This document shows positions 9,540 through 18,509 of a stretch of 64,000 nucleotides of DNA, piece by piece (position 1 is the first letter of the stretch; each line of letters begins with the position of its first letter). The position numbers and the translations under genes are program-made. Source of the DNA: Bacteroidota bacterium (GTDB lineage Bacteria; Bacteroidota; Bacteroidia; UBA4408); NCBI GenBank assembly GCA_016718805.1, contig JADKCP010000002.1:56392-120391 (forward strand), given 5' to 3'. The notes under the pieces were generated by a model, which was given only the letters and a program-made list of their open reading frames with translations, was not told the DNA's origin and ran no database searches.

Positions 9540-11960
9540 ATGGAACAAGAGAAAGTATCGGAAAAGCAAGATTTTTCGTTCGAAAAATTCAAAGAGTCAG
9601 TATTGTCTGATTTTAGAATTGCCAACGAAAGTCGTGAAGCAAGTTTGATGGGGCGCCGTGAAGTACTTACCGGTAAAGCAAAATTTGGAATTTTTGGTGA
9701 TGGTAAAGAAGTGGCACAACTTGCTATGGCAAGAGCCTTTAAACCCGGCGATTATAGAGCCGGATACTACCGCGATCAAACGTTTATGATGGCAAGCGGA
9801 CTACTTAGCATTCAGGAATTTTTTGCTCAATTGTATGCACATCCGGATGCAGAAGCTGAGCCATCTTCAGCTGGAAGAAGTATGAACGGACATTATGCTA
9901 CTCGTTTTTTGGATGCGTCCGGTAATTGGAAGGATTTAACTAAAACAAAAAATTCATCTTCCGACATATCTCCTACCGCTGGTCAAATGCCACGACTATT
10001 AGGTATGGCTCAAGCTTCGGCTTTTTATCGAAATAATCCTGAATTAAAACATCCTGATTTTTCTAAGTTTTCAGTTAATGGCAACGAAGTAGCATTCGGA
10101 ACAATTGGAGATGCTAGTACTTCAGAAGGTCTATTTTGGGAAACAATTAATGCTGCCGGAGTTTTGCAAGTACCTATGCTTATTTCGGTTTGGGATGATG
10201 GACATGGAATATCGGTTCCTAAAAAATACCAAACCACCAAAGAAAGTATTTCTGAAATATTGAAAGGTTTTCAACGTGATGAAACTGGTGCAGGCTACGA
10301 AATATTTAAAGTTAAAGGCTGGGATTATGTTGCTTTAGTTGAAACATATCAGCGTGCAGCTGATTTGTGCCGCGAAAAACATGTTCCTGTATTGGTTCAT
10401 GTGGAAGAAATGACTCAGCCTCAAGGACACAGTACTAGTGGTTCGCACGAACGTTATAAATCGAAAGAACGATTGCAATGGGAAGCTGATTTTGATTGCA
10501 TAAAAAAAATGCGTGAATGGATTTTGGCATCAGCTGTTGCTACGGAGGAAGAAGTTGTAGCAATTGAAGAACAAGCTAAAAAAACAACAAGAGATCAAAA
10601 AAGCAAAGCCTGGTCGGCGTTTAACTCACCTATTAAAGAGGAACTACAACAAGCTTTACAGATGATTGATGCAATTGCAGCAGAAAGCACGAATGCACCT
10701 TTTGTTGCTAAAATCAAGGAAGAATTGGTAAGTGTTGTAGATCCGGTTAGACGTGATATACTTGAATGTAGCAAGCGAATTTTACGCATCGTACGGAACG
10801 AACCAATTAATTCAAAAATCGTACTTATCAATTTTCTAAATCAGTCAAAAATTAGCAATACAGAGCGCTATAATTCCTATCTCTATAGCGAAAGTAAATT
10901 TGCTGTGAAGCACCTTACTTCAACTTCGGTGCGCTATGACGAAGATAGAATTGTAGATGGCCGTGAAGTATTACGTGATAATTTTGATGCCTTATTAGGC
11001 AAATATAAATCACTGGTAATTTTTGGTGAAGATGCAGGAAAAATTGGAGGCGTTAATCAGGGATTAGAAGGTTTGCAAAAAAAATACGGAGAAATCCGTG
11101 TGTTCGATACCGGTATTCGAGAAGCAACTATTTTAGGACAAGCCATAGGTTTAGCATTACGTGGATTGCGACCCATTGCTGAAATTCAATATTTAGATTA
11201 TTTGTTGTACGCCGTTCAAATTATGAGCGACGATTTAGCAACCCTTCAATACCGCACTAAGGGAGGCCAAAAAGCTCCTGTAATTATTCGTACACGAGGA
11301 CATCGCTTTGAAGGAATTTGGCACAGTGGTTCCCCAATGGGAATGATAATAAATGCATTAAGAGGTATACACATTTGTGTACCTCGAAATATGACACAAG
11401 CTGCTGCATTTTACAATTTACTGATGCAGGGAGATGAGCCTGCTCTTGTAATTGAACCGCTTATGTGCTATCGTATGAAAGAAAAAATGCCTTCCAATCA
11501 TGGAGAGTATATGTTGAAATTAGGTGTTCCCGAAATTTTAAAAACAGGAAATGATGTAACGATTGTTACCTATGGATATAATTGTCATCTTGCTTTGGAA
11601 GCTTCTAAAATGCTAAGCGAATGTGGTATTGATTGTGAAATTATTGATGTACAAACTTTATTGCCATTCGATATAAATCATAGCATTGTTGATTCAATTA
11701 AAAAAACAAACCGTGTTATTTTCTTTGATGAAGATGTTAGTGGTGGAGCAACCGGCTTTATGATGCAAAAAGTTTTAGAAGAACAAGGTGCATACAAGTA
11801 TATAGATGCCGCCCCTAGAACCGTGTCAGCTAAAGATCATCGCCCACCATATGGTTCGGATGGTAACTATTTTTCGAAACCAAGTGCCGACGATTTATTT
11901 GATGCAGTGTATGAATTGATGCAGGAATCAAATCCAACACAATTTCCTAGAATTTACTAA
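9540..11960 (+). CDS. 2-oxoacid (branched-chain/pyruvate-type) dehydrogenase E1 component, fused alpha+beta subunits, ThDP-dependent
   Basis: 806-aa single chain. ThDP-binding GDAS…E…N motif region (FGTIGDASTSEGLFWETINAAG). C-terminal transketolase-like beta-subunit region (GIREATILGQAIGLALRGLRP…). Confidence 0.85.
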   Translation: MEQEKVSEKQDFSFEKFKESVLSDFRIANESREASLMGRREVLTGKAKFGIFGDGKEVAQLAMARAFKPGDYRAGYYRDQTFMMASGLLSIQEFFAQLYAHPDAEAEPSSAGRSMNGHYATRFLDASGNWKDLTKTKNSSSDISPTAGQMPRLLGMAQASAFYRNNPELKHPDFSKFSVNGNEVAFGTIGDASTSEGLFWETINAAGVLQVPMLISVWDDGHGISVPKKYQTTKESISEILKGFQRDETGAGYEIFKVKGWDYVALVETYQRAADLCREKHVPVLVHVEEMTQPQGHSTSGSHERYKSKERLQWEADFDCIKKMREWILASAVATEEEVVAIEEQAKKTTRDQKSKAWSAFNSPIKEELQQALQMIDAIAAESTNAPFVAKIKEELVSVVDPVRRDILECSKRILRIVRNEPINSKIVLINFLNQSKISNTERYNSYLYSESKFAVKHLTSTSVRYDEDRIVDGREVLRDNFDALLGKYKSLVIFGEDAGKIGGVNQGLEGLQKKYGEIRVFDTGIREATILGQAIGLALRGLRPIAEIQYLDYLLYAVQIMSDDLATLQYRTKGGQKAPVIIRTRGHRFEGIWHSGSPMGMIINALRGIHICVPRNMTQAAAFYNLLMQGDEPALVIEPLMCYRMKEKMPSNHGEYMLKLGVPEILKTGNDVTIVTYGYNCHLALEASKMLSECGIDCEIIDVQTLLPFDINHSIVDSIKKTNRVIFFDEDVSGGATGFMMQKVLEEQGAYKYIDAAPRTVSAKDHRPPYGSDGNYFSKPSADDLFDAVYELMQESNPTQFPRIY

Positions 11961-11983
11961 CCAACTGTTTTCATACCAATAGC

Positions 11984-12574
11984 ATGAAAATAGGATTGTT
12001 TTTTGGCTCCTTTAATCCCGTACACGTTGGGCATTTGGTGATTGCCAATTACATGGCTCAATATACCGATTTACAAAAAGTATGGTTGGTAATTTCACCG
12101 CACAATCCACTGAAGGAGAAAAGTAGTTTACTCGATGATAAACAACGTTTGGCATTGGTTAAGTTAGCCATCGAAAACAACAGTAAATTAAAAGCTAGCG
12201 ATATAGAATTTAAATTACCACAACCCTCCTACACTATCACGACCTTATTACATTTAAAGGAAAAATATCCTGAACATGAATTTGCTTTAATTATGGGAAG
12301 CGATAATTTAAGTACCTTTCATAAATGGAAAAATTATGAAGAGATTTTGAAGTATCATCAACTTTATATTTATCCGCGTCCACAGCAAAGCGGTGAAAAT
12401 TATAAACAACATCCACAAGTAAAATTTGTGGAAGCACCGGTTATGGAAATCTCATCAACCTTTATTCGACAAGCCATAGCCGACAAGAAAGACGTTCGTT
12501 ATTTACTCCCCGATAACGTTTACGAATATGTGAAAGAAATGCACTTTTATAAAAAGAAAAAGTTATCTATTTAA
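11984..12574 (+). CDS. nadD: Nicotinate-nucleotide adenylyltransferase
   Basis: GSFNPVHVGHL (H/TxGH nucleotidyltransferase motif). SSTFIRQ near C-terminus. 196 aa. Confidence 0.9.
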   Translation: MKIGLFFGSFNPVHVGHLVIANYMAQYTDLQKVWLVISPHNPLKEKSSLLDDKQRLALVKLAIENNSKLKASDIEFKLPQPSYTITTLLHLKEKYPEHEFALIMGSDNLSTFHKWKNYEEILKYHQLYIYPRPQQSGENYKQHPQVKFVEAPVMEISSTFIRQAIADKKDVRYLLPDNVYEYVKEMHFYKKKKLSI

Positions 12575-13220
12575 AATCTTCCATTAAAAGTTGCTCCTTG
12601 CAAAATTCGTATTCATGGTTAATGTGATTGGAGCAAACAATAAGCAAACGATTTTTAGCATAGTTATGAACTAAATGGCTATACCATTCAATTCCTTTTT
12701 TATCGAGGTTGGATGTAGGTTCATCAAGCAATATTATTGGTGTATTACTCAACAACGCCAGTGCTAATCGTACACGCTGTTTCATGCCACTTGAATAATA
12801 TTTGAGTTCTTTATCTTTAGATTTTTCGAGCCCAATAATTTGCACTATTTCGGTTGCGGATAAATCACTTAAAAAAGGTTTAAAGTGTGCTTGAAACTGA
12901 ATTAATTCTGTGAGTGAATATTCTTCTATTAATTCGAGGTAGGGCGAGGCAAAACTGAGTTGATGAAAAATTTGTTCAGCAGCAATATTTACCTGATCAT
13001 TTGAATAGTTTATTTTACCTTCGGATGGAAGTTGATTTCCAGCAATTACCTGCAATAAAGTAGATTTACCTGAGCCGTTTGAACCAAGTATGGCGTAGCT
13101 TTTATCCGAATTAAACTCACAGTTTAAATTTCTGAAAATCCATTCACGGTTATAGCGTTTACCTAGTTTTTCGAGTGTGATTTGCATTTTTTTCCTTAAC
13201 CGCTGCTTTCCATTTCGCAA
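12567..13220 (-). CDS. ABC transporter ATP-binding protein (stand-alone ATPase)
   Basis: Walker A GSNGSGKST, ABC signature YSSGMKQR, Walker B ILLDEPTSNLD. 6 nt downstream of lpxA on the same strand. Confidence 0.85.
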   Translation of the reverse strand: MRNGKQRLRKKMQITLEKLGKRYNREWIFRNLNCEFNSDKSYAILGSNGSGKSTLLQVIAGNQLPSEGKINYSNDQVNIAAEQIFHQLSFASPYLELIEEYSLTELIQFQAHFKPFLSDLSATEIVQIIGLEKSKDKELKYYSSGMKQRVRLALALLSNTPIILLDEPTSNLDKKGIEWYSHLVHNYAKNRLLIVCSNHINHEYEFCKEQLLMEDFK

Positions 13221-13226
13221 CTCATT

Positions 13227-14000
13227 TTAAGATATTCCTCTGATAATTCCTTCTTTAGAATTTCTTATAAAAGCGAGTATTTGTTCCTTTTCTTTGGAAG
13301 AAGGAGCTTCTTGCTCAATTACGGCAAGTGCATTTGAGACGTTTAATCCTTTTACATAAAGTGTTCGGTAAATATCTTCAATTTGCAAAATAATTTCATT
13401 ACTGAATCCTCGTCTGCGCAAGCCCACCGAATTAACACCTACATATTGCAATGGCTCACGAGCAGCTTTAGTGAATGGGGGCACGTTTTTTCTCACTCCG
13501 GTTAACCCCGAAATAAATGCATGTGCTCCAATTCGCACAAACTGTCCAACTCCTGTTCCTCCTTCAATTATAACCCAATCTTCAATATCTACATGTCCTG
13601 CAAGGTTAACACTGTTGGCAATTATAATATTATCCCCTAAAATACAATCGTGTGCAATGTGCACGTATGCCATTAAGAGGCAATTTTTACCAATTGCGGT
13701 TTTCATTTTGTCACTGGTCCCCTTGTTTACGGTAACACATTCTCGTATAATAGAATTGTCGCCAATTTCAGCGGTAGTTTTTTCACCGGCATATTTTAAA
13801 TCTTGAGGAATTGCAGCGATAACAGCGCCTGGAAAAATTTTACAATTTTCACCAATTCTTGCACCCGAAAAAATGGTCACATTTGGGCCTATCCAAGTAT
13901 TATCGCCAATTATCACATCTTCATCAATAAATGAAAAAGGTGAAATGGTAACGTTTTTCCCAATTTTTGCTTTAGGATTTACAAAATTCATTTCGTTCAT
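13227..14000 (-). CDS. lpxA: UDP-N-acetylglucosamine O-acyltransferase
   Basis: Left-handed beta-helix hexapeptide repeats throughout. 257 aa. Start overlaps the lpxC-fabZ stop by 4 nt (ATGA). Confidence 0.9.
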   Translation of the reverse strand: MNEMNFVNPKAKIGKNVTISPFSFIDEDVIIGDNTWIGPNVTIFSGARIGENCKIFPGAVIAAIPQDLKYAGEKTTAEIGDNSIIRECVTVNKGTSDKMKTAIGKNCLLMAYVHIAHDCILGDNIIIANSVNLAGHVDIEDWVIIEGGTGVGQFVRIGAHAFISGLTGVRKNVPPFTKAAREPLQYVGVNSVGLRRRGFSNEIILQIEDIYRTLYVKGLNVSNALAVIEQEAPSSKEKEQILAFIRNSKEGIIRGIS

Positions 14001-15430
14001 ACGCTTGCAGTAGCAGGTTCTGATTTAGGCTGTTTATCCTTTATGATTTGAGCAAGCATAACTGCTTCACAAACTTCACGACCATTCACATAGGCCACTC
14101 CACGCATATTTACTAAACCACGTCGAATAGGGCTTTCGAGCGTTAATTTAAACACTACAGTATCACCCGGCAGTACTTTTTGTTTGAATTTAACAGCGTC
14201 TATTTTCATAAAATAGGTGCTGTAAAATTCAGGATCAGGAACTTGTGAAAGCGCAAAAATACCTCCCACTTGTGCCATTGCTTCTAATTGCAATACTCCA
14301 GGAAATACAGGATTGTCGGGAAAATGTCCTTGAAAAAAGGGTTCATTAAAACTTACATTTTTTATTCCCACAATAGAATTACTATCCATTTCCATCACCT
14401 TATCAACCATTAAAAAGGGATAACGATGTGGTAGCATTTTGGTAATATCGTTGATAGTGTAAAGTGGTTCTTTATTTAAATCAAATTGAACAATACGTGC
14501 TTTACGTTTGGCTTTTTCAGCAAGGATCAATCCTTTTACCTTTTTTGCAAAAGCAACATTTCCGGCATGTCCAGGGCGAGCCGATAAAATATGCGCTTTT
14601 AAAGGCATTCCAACTAAAGCCATATCGCCAACTATATCGAGTAACTTATGTCGTGCAGGTTCGTTTTGATACTGTAATTTTAAATTGTTTAATACTCCTT
14701 TACCTACCACCTTCATACTCGGTTTGTTAAACAAGCTTGCCAATTCATCAAGTTTTTCCTGGCTTACCTCTTGTGCAACAATAACAATTGCATTGTTTAA
14801 ATCGCCACCTTTTGCCAAACCATGTTTCAGAAGCATTTCTAATTCATGTAAGAAAACAAAGGTGCGGCATTTACTGATTTCGTCTTTAAACTCTCCAATG
14901 TGATACATGCTGGCATGCTGTGTTCCCAGTACATCCGAATTATAATCGACCATTACGGTAAGTCTATATTCTTCAGAAGGCACCATGAGCATCTCCACAT
15001 GCTTTTCAGTATCTTCGTAGGTAAGTGTGCTATCAATTACAAAGTATTCGCGAATTGCGTCCTGTTCTACATAACCAGCCTTTTCAATAGCTTCCACAAA
15101 AGGTTTCGAGCTACCATCCATAATAGGAACTTCAGGACCGTCAATCTCTATATGGGCATTGTCTATTTGCATACCAACTAATGCAGCAAGAACATGTTCA
15201 ACAGTACTTACTTTAACACCATTTTTTCCTAAGGTAGTTCCGCGTGATGTATCTACCACCAAATCGCAGTCGGCTTCAATTATTGGTTTTCCATCAACGT
15301 CGATGCGCTGAAATTTATATCCGTAATTTTCATCGGCCGGATGTATGGTAAGTGTTGCTGAAGCACCTGTGTGCAACCCAACTCCTGAAACACTCACAGG
15401 GCTTTTTAAAGTTCGTTTTTTTTCAGACAT
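13997..15430 (-). CDS. lpxC-fabZ: Bifunctional UDP-3-O-acyl-GlcNAc deacetylase / 3-hydroxyacyl-ACP dehydratase (LpxC-FabZ fusion)
   Basis: N-terminal LpxC fold (…HTGASATLTIHPA…TVEHVLAAL…). C-terminal FabZ hot-dog (FFQGHFPDNPVFPGVLQLEAMAQ). This fusion is characteristic of Bacteroidota. Confidence 0.9.
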   Translation of the reverse strand: MSEKKRTLKSPVSVSGVGLHTGASATLTIHPADENYGYKFQRIDVDGKPIIEADCDLVVDTSRGTTLGKNGVKVSTVEHVLAALVGMQIDNAHIEIDGPEVPIMDGSSKPFVEAIEKAGYVEQDAIREYFVIDSTLTYEDTEKHVEMLMVPSEEYRLTVMVDYNSDVLGTQHASMYHIGEFKDEISKCRTFVFLHELEMLLKHGLAKGGDLNNAIVIVAQEVSQEKLDELASLFNKPSMKVVGKGVLNNLKLQYQNEPARHKLLDIVGDMALVGMPLKAHILSARPGHAGNVAFAKKVKGLILAEKAKRKARIVQFDLNKEPLYTINDITKMLPHRYPFLMVDKVMEMDSNSIVGIKNVSFNEPFFQGHFPDNPVFPGVLQLEAMAQVGGIFALSQVPDPEFYSTYFMKIDAVKFKQKVLPGDTVVFKLTLESPIRRGLVNMRGVAYVNGREVCEAVMLAQIIKDKQPKSEPATASV

Positions 15431-15606
15431 AGGAAGAAAGATTCATTTCAGCTAACTACTCTTAACTAAAATAATGAAAGGCAAATATAAGGAAGTATCT
15501 GAAAGTTTTTTTTGAAAAGCCTTGAATAAATCCTCATTCAAGTATTTAAAAGCCATGAATGTTGAAGGCTTTATTAGTAAGGATTTCAATAGTATAAACC
15601 CTATTT

Positions 15607-15640
15607 ATGCAAGCCACATATAATTCACTATGTGGCTTGA
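15607..15640. repeat. Perfect 10-11-bp inverted repeat (AAGCCACATAT…ATATGTGGCTT) in the lpxC-fabZ upstream region
   Basis: Seen directly. No flanking T-run on either strand, so it is more likely an operator-like palindrome than a terminator. Confidence 0.3.
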
Positions 15641-15649
15641 ATCAACCAA

Positions 15650-15940
15650 TTACTTGGTTGGCTTAGGTTTTAATGCATTGAGTTCTAACCAAGAGCCTCC
15701 GGCAAAAGTATTGCCCACACCCTGCTGTGATAGGAAAATATGTGCATGTCGACAATCGTTTCCTGAGCCGCAGCATAATACCAGCGGTTTACTCATTTTT
15801 TTAAGTTCTTCCAGTTTAGCTGGAATATCTTTTAATGGAATATTAAGTGAGTCTGGAATATGACCTTTTTGAAATTCGGAAGTAGGTCGTACATCAACAA
15901 TAGTGTGTCCGGGAGATTTTAAAATTTCTTTAAGTTCCAT
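15650..15940 (-). CDS. Rhodanese-like (single-domain sulfurtransferase) protein
   Basis: IVDVRPTSEFQKGHIPDSLNIP rhodanese signature. Catalytic-loop region CCGSGNDCR. 96 aa. Confidence 0.7.
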   Translation of the reverse strand: MELKEILKSPGHTIVDVRPTSEFQKGHIPDSLNIPLKDIPAKLEELKKMSKPLVLCCGSGNDCRHAHIFLSQQGVGNTFAGGSWLELNALKPKPTK

Positions 15941-16050
15941 AAAATAAGTTTTGATTCAAAAAATTAATGTGTTGCAAAGTACCCCACTAAAGTATTGAAA
16001 ATGCATGATATTAATCAGTAAAAAAACTGTCAAAAATCAGCAAAAACCAC

Positions 16051-16476
16051 TTATTTTAATCCAACCATCATTAATGTTCCATCCGATTTTAAAATGATTT
16101 CCTGCAATTGCATTTCTTTTTGAATTGCTGCTTTATAAAGAGGATCACCGGTACCACTTTCAATTTTTGTAGCGAGCACGATTTTCCAGTCGGGGTAAAA
16201 GCTATTGATTGTAGCATAAACATTTTCCGGAATTTCTGTCTGAGGAATTTGTGTTTGTGAGCTTACCCAAACTCCATTCAGCGTATAATTCACTTTCATA
16301 TTTTGTGAATTCCAAACAAATTCGGCAATCCATCCACGCGGTATCTCTTTTTCCCAGTTAACATCAGATGCACCGGGAAAGCGCTCATCAAAAGCCTTTT
16401 GCACAAGGTCTGGAGCATTTTGAGCAGCAGCTATGCTCACCCAAAAAAACAAAGCAATCAAAAAGTATTTTTTCAT
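16051..16476 (-). CDS. Secreted PepSY-like small protein (hypothetical)
   Basis: Signal peptide MKKYFLIALFFWVSIAAAQ. ~120-aa mature domain with a W/Y-rich pattern resembling PepSY-like beta-lactamase-inhibitor-fold DUFs. Confidence 0.45.
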   Translation of the reverse strand: MKKYFLIALFFWVSIAAAQNAPDLVQKAFDERFPGASDVNWEKEIPRGWIAEFVWNSQNMKVNYTLNGVWVSSQTQIPQTEIPENVYATINSFYPDWKIVLATKIESGTGDPLYKAAIQKEMQLQEIILKSDGTLMMVGLK

Positions 16477-16773
16477 TTTAAATTCAATGATACAACAGGC
16501 TATAGTCGATTTCAGTTTTTAGCTTTTTGAAATCAACTAAGCAAAAACAGTTATACTTAATAAAGTGAATTAGGTTTCATTTAAGCGAAACTTTTTACTA
16601 AACATGTTAAACAATCTTATCGTTGTGTTCCGGTAATTTGAATTACTAAAATAACTAAAAATTGATAAGTAGTTGGCAACGAATGTCATTAAGAACAAAG
16701 TGAAAAATTTCTGAAATTTATTAATATTCTCCTTTTCAAAATATAAGATTGATTTAAGCAAACTGGTAGGTTG

Positions 16774-16826
16774 CAAAAAACAAAGGGTTACTGTGGCAAC
16801 ACAGCAACCCTTGTTGATTCACTATT
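16774..16826 (-). terminator. Rho-independent terminator of lpdA (minus strand)
   Basis: Imperfect 12-bp stem AAGGGTTACTGTG/CACAGCAACCCTT, then on the minus strand TTGTTTTTTGCAA, directly after the lpdA stop. Confidence 0.6.
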
Positions 16827-16839
16827 AATTAATAAACGA

Positions 16840-18228
16840 CTATATGTGAATCACCTCACCATATGCAGCGGCAGCAGCCTCCATAACTGCTTCGCTCATG
16901 GTAGGATGTGGATGAACGGTTTTTATTAATTCGTGACCGGTAGTTTCAAGTTTACGAATGGCAACAATTTCGGCAATCATTTCGGTTACATTATATCCAA
17001 TCATATGAGCACCTAACAATTCGCCGTATTTAGCATCAAAAATTAACTTCACAAAGCCATCCTTTGCTCCGGCAGCACTAGCTTTTCCTGAAGCTGAGAA
17101 TGGAAATTTCCCAACTTTAAGTTCATAACCAGCTTCCTTTGCTTTAGCTTCGGTAAATCCTACCGATGCAATTTCGGGAGAACAATAGGTACAACCCGGA
17201 ATATTATTATAATCCAATGGTTCTGGGTGATGTCCTGCAATTTTTTCCACACAAATAATACCTTCGGCACTAGCAACATGGGCTAAGGCTTGTCCACCTA
17301 CACAATCACCAATGGCATGAACTCCGGGAATATTGGTTTGATAGTATTTATTGGTCAAAATTTTACCTTTATCTACAATCACTCCTACTTCTTCTAAGCC
17401 AACATTTTCAAGATTAGCCTGTATCCCAACAGCTGAAAGCACAACATCGGCTTCAATTTTTTCTTCCCCTTTTTTGGTTTTAATCGTAACCAAACAAGTA
17501 TTTCCTTTGGTATCAACTGATTCTACACTAGAATCGACCATTACTTCAATACCTATTTTTTTAAACGAACGAGCCAATTGCTTTGAAACTTCTTCATCTT
17601 CAACCGGAACAATATTCGGTAAAAATTCAACTAAGGTTACTTTGGTACCCATGGTTGCATAAAAATATGCGAATTCTGAACCAATAGCTCCCGAGCCCAC
17701 AACCACCATTGATTTTGGCTGATTGGCTAAAGTCATTGCTTCACGGTAACCTATAATTTTTTTACCATCTTGAGGTAAATTAGGCAATTGTCGAGATCGT
17801 GCTCCCAATGCTAATATAATATTGGAAGCCTCGTATAATGTAGTTTTTCCTTCTTTATCAGTAACTTCAACTTTTTTTCCGGCTTTAAGCTTTCCAAATC
17901 CTTGAATAACATCAATCTTATTTTTTTTCAATAAAAACTGAACGCCTTTGCTCATACCATTGGCTACATCTCGGCTGCGCTTAACAACAGCATTAAAATC
18001 AGCTTCGCCTCCATTTACTTTTATACCATAATCGGCAGCATGGTTAAGGTATTCAAAAACCTGGGCACTTTTTAATAAGGCTTTGGTTGGAATACATCCC
18101 CAGTTGAGGCAAATACCTCCTAATTCATCCCGTTCAACTAACGCAGTTTTGAGTCCTAACTGAGCTGCTCTGATGGCAGCAACATAACCACCCGGACCAC
18201 TTCCTATCACAATCAAATCATAATTCAT
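16840..18228 (-). CDS. lpdA: Dihydrolipoyl dehydrogenase (E3)
   Basis: FAD-binding GSGPGGY. Redox-active disulfide GGICLNWGCIPTK. C-terminal dimerisation HPHPTMSE. 462 aa. Confidence 0.9.
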   Translation of the reverse strand: MNYDLIVIGSGPGGYVAAIRAAQLGLKTALVERDELGGICLNWGCIPTKALLKSAQVFEYLNHAADYGIKVNGGEADFNAVVKRSRDVANGMSKGVQFLLKKNKIDVIQGFGKLKAGKKVEVTDKEGKTTLYEASNIILALGARSRQLPNLPQDGKKIIGYREAMTLANQPKSMVVVGSGAIGSEFAYFYATMGTKVTLVEFLPNIVPVEDEEVSKQLARSFKKIGIEVMVDSSVESVDTKGNTCLVTIKTKKGEEKIEADVVLSAVGIQANLENVGLEEVGVIVDKGKILTNKYYQTNIPGVHAIGDCVGGQALAHVASAEGIICVEKIAGHHPEPLDYNNIPGCTYCSPEIASVGFTEAKAKEAGYELKVGKFPFSASGKASAAGAKDGFVKLIFDAKYGELLGAHMIGYNVTEMIAEIVAIRKLETTGHELIKTVHPHPTMSEAVMEAAAAAYGEVIHI

Positions 18229-18509
18229 AGGGTAAAAAATAGAGTGTATTTTAGATTAATAAAATAAGCAATGAATGAAGTGCGAAAGTAGTAAAAAATA
18301 AAAGCGGGAACTTTTTAATTGCAAAAAATAATTGTTAAGACACAGTTTGTAAATTGTATCTATCTTATTTACAGGTTATTAATAAAACTACTTGACAGAA
18401 TTCCTAATTTGACTTTTTAATTCTTAGCTAGGTTGATTGGATAATTATTTTGTTAAATTTGGCTTTTTAAACAAAATAGCTCAAGCTAAAATCAATTCAG
18501 CTCTCATTT

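Noticed and set aside
14464-15181. Three plus-strand ORFs (14464-14730, 14685-14903, 14900-15181) inside lpxC-fabZ
   Set aside because: Shadow ORFs on the antisense strand of a conserved essential gene.
16570-16776. 68-aa ORF in the lpdA–PepSY intergenic region
   Set aside because: It overlaps the lpdA terminator hairpin. It has an AT-rich codon composition and no homology.
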